64,000 bases of DNA from a virus, in the IMG/VR virus record IMGVR_UViG_3300031344_000005, positions 1 through 64,000 of that record, one strand, 5' to 3'. Below are positions 59,176-64,000 of the stretch, piece after piece. Within the stretch, counting starts at the first letter, position 1; each line of letters starts with the position of its first letter. The notes beneath the pieces were generated by a model, which saw nothing but the letters and a program-made list of their open reading frames with translations, was not told the DNA's origin and made no database searches. The position numbers and the translations under genes are program-made.

Positions 59176-60074
59176 AAGGGACCACACACATGCGCATAAA
59201 TCTGAACACAATCCTGATCGTGCTCGCTGGGTTGGGCGTATTTTCCCCCGACATTGCCTCGGTGGCCGCGTGGCTCGCGTCCATGAACGTCGCGTGGCTG
59301 GGGACCGTCGTGAAAGGGCTAGGCCTGCTCGCGGCGTTCTGTAGCGCCGCGCCCCTGGTGGTTCCTCGGTTGCGCTCGTTCCTGGCGCTGCTTGGCCTGG
59401 CGACTCCTCCCGGGGCGGTGGCCCCATGGGACCCGACACGAGACGCGGGACCGGGCGCTGCCCCTCGCGCGACCACCACGACGAACGTCGTGGCTCTCCC
59501 TGGCAACCCAACTCCTCCTGCCGGTACTCCGCGACGTGGCCCCTACGGGCCCGGCCCGCTGGCACTGCTGGTCCTGGCTGGCTCGCTGCTGTGGGGCTCT
59601 ACCGCGAGGGCGCAGACACAACCGACTAGCCCCCAGCTTGGTGGATGCATCGCTAACGGCGAGATGTGTTTTGGAACCGCTGCCGACGTGGTGCTGACCA
59701 AGATAGGATTGTCGGGCGACAACAAGGGAATCTCGGGCGGCTTCTCGACAGGCGTGGGTTACGGTGCGACCTTCGCCCCTGACAAGTTCTACGCGACCGG
59801 GCTGGACCTGTTTTTGAATGTCAACCTGAGCGGAACTTCTGGTGTTGCAAGCCGTGTCTCACCCGCAATCATGCTCCATGCGATGAACTACCTGTTCCTG
59901 GGCTTGGGCCTGGACATCATCGCTCCAACCGATACCGTGAGCAGCTACGGGACAGGGTGGTCGCTGTTGCTCGGATTCGGTTCGACCATCACCAGTATCA
60001 CGCCGGGGTACGCAAAGAAGGAAGCCATTCGACAACTGGCAGCAGAGCGGGCCAGCGCGGAGGCAGGCAAGTGA
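59172..60074 (+). CDS. Membrane protein: holin-like TMs plus beta-rich C-terminal domain
   Basis: Two or three N-terminal TMs, internal signal-like segment ending ARA, amphipathic beta strands. Confidence 0.55.
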   Translation: MKGTTHMRINLNTILIVLAGLGVFSPDIASVAAWLASMNVAWLGTVVKGLGLLAAFCSAAPLVVPRLRSFLALLGLATPPGAVAPWDPTRDAGPGAAPRATTTTNVVALPGNPTPPAGTPRRGPYGPGPLALLVLAGSLLWGSTARAQTQPTSPQLGGCIANGEMCFGTAADVVLTKIGLSGDNKGISGGFSTGVGYGATFAPDKFYATGLDLFLNVNLSGTSGVASRVSPAIMLHAMNYLFLGLGLDIIAPTDTVSSYGTGWSLLLGFGSTITSITPGYAKKEAIRQLAAERASAEAGK

Positions 60075-60271
60075 ACGAGGAGGAGATCCAAACTCGCATC
60101 CGGCAGGGCATCGCCGACGGCATTCGCAAGCTCGAAGAGGGCCGGAGACTGGACGTGCTGTTCGCCGCAATTCGCGCGATCGAAGATCGCGACGAGCGCG
60201 TACGTGCCGTGCGAAAAATCTTCGAGGTCTTCGGGCCAGCGGCGGGACCGAACACAGGAGGAACGACATGA
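60071..60271 (+). CDS. Hypothetical protein
   Basis: GGAGG RBS, GTGA coupling. Confidence 0.55.
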   Translation: MNEEEIQTRIRQGIADGIRKLEEGRRLDVLFAAIRAIEDRDERVRAVRKIFEVFGPAAGPNTGGTT

Positions 60272-60735
60272 TTGGTGATCTTGCTTCTGGCTTCGCTCGT
60301 GGCTGTCTTGGCGTGGTGATGCTGCTCGGGCTTGCGGGCGCTCAGTGTGCGCAGCCGCAGCCCATCCCTACGCCGCCGCAGGTGGTTGATGCCGCGCCAC
60401 CTCCTCCGTTTACTGGCCTCATTGTCAACTGCGGTGAAGTGCGAGCCCAGGTCGTAGCCGCTCGCCCAGCGGTACAGACCTGTCTGGCGACACAACCACC
60501 TGTCGCAACCATCCCACCTGTTCCCGCAGCGGTGGACAATGCGCTACCGGCCGACGGCTGCATGGTAGACCTACTGTCCACGTGGGGCCCTGGCCCACTG
60601 GCGTGCGCCGTGCGGGCCGAGGGCATGCAGGCGTTTGCCCGCGGGCACACCGACGCTGGGACCAACACTGACCAGGCCGTGGCGCATGCGTCGCGACTTT
60701 GGATCACGAGCCACGGCATCGGGTACAAGGATTGA
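60268..60735 (+). CDS. Putative lipoprotein/exported protein
   Basis: Hydrophobic leader ending GAQC, Pro linker, paired Cys. Confidence 0.55.
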   Translation: MIGDLASGFARGCLGVVMLLGLAGAQCAQPQPIPTPPQVVDAAPPPPFTGLIVNCGEVRAQVVAARPAVQTCLATQPPVATIPPVPAAVDNALPADGCMVDLLSTWGPGPLACAVRAEGMQAFARGHTDAGTNTDQAVAHASRLWITSHGIGYKD

Positions 60736-60737
60736 CC

Positions 60738-61523
60738 ATGAACAAGATGCGCTTTCTCGGCAAGCTACCGTTTCAGCCTGACCACCGCGACCTGAAGCTG
60801 GCCAAGTACATCGACAAGGCCAAGTTGATCGAGGCTGCGCAGGTTCCCGGCGCCGTGGACTGGGGCGTCTTCCCGACGCCGGACGGTTCGGATCCAGCGC
60901 CCGACACTGACCCGCTTGGCAACGACAAGGCCGGTGATTGCGTGTACGCGGCCCCTGGACACATGGTCAATCTTGTGGCCCAGCTCACCGGGGCACCCGT
61001 GAGGGTCACGACCGCTATGGCGATTGGAGCCTACTCGGAAGACACCGGATACGACCCGGTCACCGGCGCCAACGACAACGGCGCCAACATCCGCGACATG
61101 CTAAACCGCTGGCGGAAGCGGGGCCTGTACGGCACGACCCTCGCGGTCTACTGCGCGGTAGACCGGAACGACGCCGACGAGGTCACGATCGCAACCTGGC
61201 TCTGCGGTGGGCTCATCGGCGGATACAACTTGCCCAAGTCGGTTTGGGCACAAAATCCAGATTGGTACGTGCCCGACCCACTCACGCCAGACGATGAGAC
61301 AATCATCGGGGGCCATTGCGTGTTCTGGCATGGGACATCGCCAGGGCTCGACAACGGCACATCTTGGGGTGAGGACACAAGCGCGACGCCACCGTGGCGG
61401 AGACGGCACTGCGAGGAGCTTTGGGCGCCGCTACTCAGCATGTGGGTGCTGCGCTCGGGCCGGGCGCCAAACGGGTTTGCATGGGGGGATCTGCTTGCGG
61501 ATGTGAGCGCGAGGGGCGAATGA
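60738..61523 (+). CDS. Papain-like (C1-type) cysteine peptidase
   Basis: PD.RD propeptide-like motif, VDW, GND..GDC, GGHCV, TSWG. Confidence 0.7.
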   Translation: MNKMRFLGKLPFQPDHRDLKLAKYIDKAKLIEAAQVPGAVDWGVFPTPDGSDPAPDTDPLGNDKAGDCVYAAPGHMVNLVAQLTGAPVRVTTAMAIGAYSEDTGYDPVTGANDNGANIRDMLNRWRKRGLYGTTLAVYCAVDRNDADEVTIATWLCGGLIGGYNLPKSVWAQNPDWYVPDPLTPDDETIIGGHCVFWHGTSPGLDNGTSWGEDTSATPPWRRRHCEELWAPLLSMWVLRSGRAPNGFAWGDLLADVSARGE

Positions 61524-61693
61524 TCCGCTCCCTCCTACTCGAAAACGCGCTCCGGACCCACCGGCTGCGGATCTTCGCACGACTACCCGGCGCGCCGCTA
61601 CCGTGTCCGCTAGAAGAACTCGACGAGGTCACGCGGGCTTGCTGGGAGCTGCTGTTCGACTTCGAGCGACGAAACCAGGAGGTGCGGCCGTGA
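61520..61693 (+). CDS. Hypothetical protein
   Basis: ATGA coupling. Confidence 0.45.
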   Translation: MIRSLLLENALRTHRLRIFARLPGAPLPCPLEELDEVTRACWELLFDFERRNQEVRP

Positions 61694-62139
61694 CTCGCAC
61701 CGGCCAGGCCCACCAGCTCTATGCCGAGGGCAAGACCGCGCGGGAAGTTGCGGGCATCATGCACCTTGGACTCGACAGCGCGCGCAACCTCAAGTACAAG
61801 CCCGCCAGCACACGTGAGGCCCGTGCGCCCATCCCGGCCGCTACCGAGGCGGCCTGCGTGGCGCTGCTCAATGACAGGCGCACGACAAGAGCCATCGCCG
61901 ATGAGCTGCACATCTCGCCTGCGTCGGTATACGCGATTCGCGATCGGAACGGACTGACGACCAACCGGCGCAAGAAGCGGCACCTGATGTCCGACCAGGA
62001 CACGCGCGCGGGCCTGCCGACCTGCCAGTGGTGCCCAATGCTAGCGCCTTGTACCTGTACCGGGCCGATGCGTGCGGCGGACTTCGTCGGGCGCGCCGGC
62101 GAGTCGCGTGGCTCGCTCGTACTGCCGAGGCCGTTCTGA
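61690..62139 (+). CDS. Double HTH protein
   Basis: GKTAREVAGIMHL and TTRAIADELHISPASVY; C-terminal Cys cluster. Confidence 0.65.
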   Translation: MTRTGQAHQLYAEGKTAREVAGIMHLGLDSARNLKYKPASTREARAPIPAATEAACVALLNDRRTTRAIADELHISPASVYAIRDRNGLTTNRRKKRHLMSDQDTRAGLPTCQWCPMLAPCTCTGPMRAADFVGRAGESRGSLVLPRPF

Positions 62140-62152
62140 GTGGAGGTGAGAC

Positions 62153-62725
62153 TTGCTGATTCCTCAGTTTGTCCAGGCCCTGCACTACCAGGCGGCGAGC
62201 CGTAGCGCAATCAGTTGGGTTGTTCTCCACACCATGGAGGCCCCCTGCGTGACCGGCATGGCCCAGCGGTGCGCGCACAGCATGACGGGTGGCGGACGCA
62301 TCGATAGCGCCCACTATGCCTGCGACCCTGCCAACGTGATCCAGATGGTGCGCGAGCAGGACATTGCATGGCACTGCCGCAGCGATGCGACAGGCACGGT
62401 CAACCGTCTGAGTATCGGCGTCGAGCACGCGGGATACACGCTCGGCACTCCAACCGACTGGCCGCACGACCCACACGCGCAGGGCATGATGGACCTGAGC
62501 GCTCAGCTCGTGGCGGACATCTGCAGCCGCTACAACGTGCCGGTGGTGCGCTTGACGGTCGAGCAGATTCAGGCGGGCCAGCGGGGCATCATTGCCCATA
62601 TCGACGCGACCCACGCCTTCAACGTGCCGGGCGGGCACGTCGACGGCTCCACGTGGCCGTGGGATCAATACCTGCCCGTAGTGCAAGCGCTGGTCAAAAC
62701 GCCAGACGTCGAGATGATGTCATAG
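62153..62725 (+). CDS. N-acetylmuramoyl-L-alanine amidase (Amidase_2) endolysin
   Basis: VVLHT.E, SAHY, IAWHC, NRLSIGVE, IIAH...HVD motifs. Confidence 0.9.
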   Translation: MLIPQFVQALHYQAASRSAISWVVLHTMEAPCVTGMAQRCAHSMTGGGRIDSAHYACDPANVIQMVREQDIAWHCRSDATGTVNRLSIGVEHAGYTLGTPTDWPHDPHAQGMMDLSAQLVADICSRYNVPVVRLTVEQIQAGQRGIIAHIDATHAFNVPGGHVDGSTWPWDQYLPVVQALVKTPDVEMMS

Positions 62726-62758
62726 AGGCGAGCATCCAAACAGAGGAGGGCCTTCGTC

Positions 62759-62923
62759 ATGTGGTTGTTCTTTTCGATTCCTGTCATTTTCATCATCATG
62801 GGTCTTGTCATCTGGGTGGCAGCGGCCAAGCCCAAGGTCAGCGAGTTCGGCAAGATGGCGGTATTCGTCGGGCTGTTCTGGTTGTGCTCGTCGTTGACGA
62901 CACACTACTTCCCCCACCGCTGA
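62759..62923 (+). CDS. 54-aa two-TM protein, holin candidate
   Basis: AGGAGG RBS; two hydrophobic helices; directly after amidase. Confidence 0.55.
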   Translation: MWLFFSIPVIFIIMGLVIWVAAAKPKVSEFGKMAVFVGLFWLCSSLTTHYFPHR

Positions 62924-62987
62924 CCGCTTGACAGCCACCGCGCGACGGGCGACACTGCCGCAATGGACGCCGACAAGCTCCGCGAAC

Positions 62988-63353
62988 ATGCCTAAGTTCT
63001 TCATCCCCGGCCCGCTTCCCGGCCTCAACGAAATGATCGACCAGGCCAAGGGCTGCGGTGGCCGCGGTGCCCGGTACGCGCGAATCAAGGACCAGTGGAC
63101 GCAGACCTGCGCGCTCCATGCCCTGGCTGCCGAGCTCAAGCCCATGGCCCGTGTGCAGCTAGAATTCCACTGGATAGAGCGCACCCGCCAGCGCAACCCC
63201 GACAACATCGCAGCAGCGCACAAGTACATCCTGGACGGTCTGGTTACCGCCAAGGTGCTGGCGAACGACGGCTGGAAGCAGGTGGCAGGCTGGTCAGATT
63301 CGTTCGAGGTTGGTGACCGGCTCGGCGTGTGGGTCACGGTCGAGCCGGTCTGA
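62988..63353 (+). CDS. RusA-like Holliday junction resolvase
   Basis: LPGLNE, R.PDNI.AAHKYILDGLV..VL.ND motifs. Confidence 0.82.
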   Translation: MPKFFIPGPLPGLNEMIDQAKGCGGRGARYARIKDQWTQTCALHALAAELKPMARVQLEFHWIERTRQRNPDNIAAAHKYILDGLVTAKVLANDGWKQVAGWSDSFEVGDRLGVWVTVEPV

Positions 63354-63359
63354 CCTCGG

Positions 63360-63900
63360 CGCGCGCGGTGGCGATTGGGATAGGCCCACGCTCCAAGGGG
63401 CAGACAGCCGAACGGCCCGAGGTACAAGTTCTTGACTTGCGCCGCCGGGCCGTTCAAACTGTCGCTTGATGAGAACTACAAGGGTAAAGTCCCACGTAGT
63501 TATCCCGCTGTCAAGCGGGTTGAAAGGCGCCTCGAAGGGCGCTGTTGTTGCGCAAGCATCGTCCGGTCTCGTCAGGTCAACGGCGGCAGCCGAAATACTC
63601 CGCGCCCAATCGGGCGAGCACTCGAAACGCCGGCTCAGGATCCTCGGGCCACAGGGACGCTACCGCTGTCCTTGGCGCCGGCGCGAACCACCGCAACGGC
63701 TCACACGTGGATGCGTACCAAGCCAGCCCGCACGAAGAGTGACGGCTCGCCGGCGTACGGGACACGTGACAGCGCGTGTATGGGGCGAGCGCGCGACATA
63801 GAGCTGACCCGACGCAAAAAGACCCGCCGGCGTCAGTAGCAGCAGAGGACACGGAGCAAGAGGCAGAGCAGACCCAGACTCTCTTGGGTCAGGAAGAGCG
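63360..63900 (+). ncRNA. Candidate large structured non-coding RNA
   Basis: Enclosing stem GCGGTGG/CCACCGC (63365/63688), 10-bp stem 63410-63419/63446-63455, GCAA tetraloop, G-U-rich helices; no credible ORF. Confidence 0.5.
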
Positions 63901-63915
63901 GTCTGTCAATTGTGC

Positions 63916-63943
63916 TTGACGGCTAGCGTGAGTATGGTAACAT
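63916..63943 (+). promoter_or_regulatory. Sigma70 promoter for gene starting at 63950 (truncated by window)
   Basis: TTGACG-16 nt-TAACAT with TGn extension; ATG 6 nt later. Confidence 0.6.
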
Positions 63944-64000
63944 ATGGCCATGGGCCAGGTATCAAAGCGCTTCCGCCTGAGCTTCGTCGTGCTGGACGAG

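Noticed and set aside
63432-63852. ORFs of 65-135 aa in the terminal gap
   Set aside because: Low-complexity R/A/S translations with no RBS or motifs

Overview
The window is almost entirely a GC-rich tailed dsDNA phage or prophage with a contractile (myovirus-type) tail. Left to right: early/accessory genes (pentapeptide repeat, SLT transglycosylase, XRE-HTH, probable TerS); a small-gene island with four sigma54-type promoters and three copies of a palindromic site; a leftward operon of a 20-aa K/G-rich peptide, a PAPS-reductase-like PP-loop enzyme and a ParB-N protein; TerL and portal; head-region accessory genes (HAD-metallopeptidase fusion, nucleases, GT4, FkbM); scaffold and major capsid; neck, sheath, tube, a -1 frameshifting chaperone, tape measure and baseplate; a collagen-like fibre with a coupled GT2-TPR glycosyltransferase; fibre/adhesin genes with repeat beta-propellers; and a lysis region (membrane proteins, C1-like peptidase, amidase) followed by a RusA-like resolvase. 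A myxobacterial/deltaproteobacterial host is inferred, not shown, from the sigma54 motifs and lipoprotein style. The strongest unexplained signals are a ~520-nt densely paired non-coding region with four C(UUCG)G tetraloops directly after the major capsid gene, a second ~540-nt structured region after the resolvase, the sigma54/enhancer-like island, and the unannotated peptide heading the PP-loop/ParB operon. All calls come from reading motifs and synteny by eye; no searches or folding were run.
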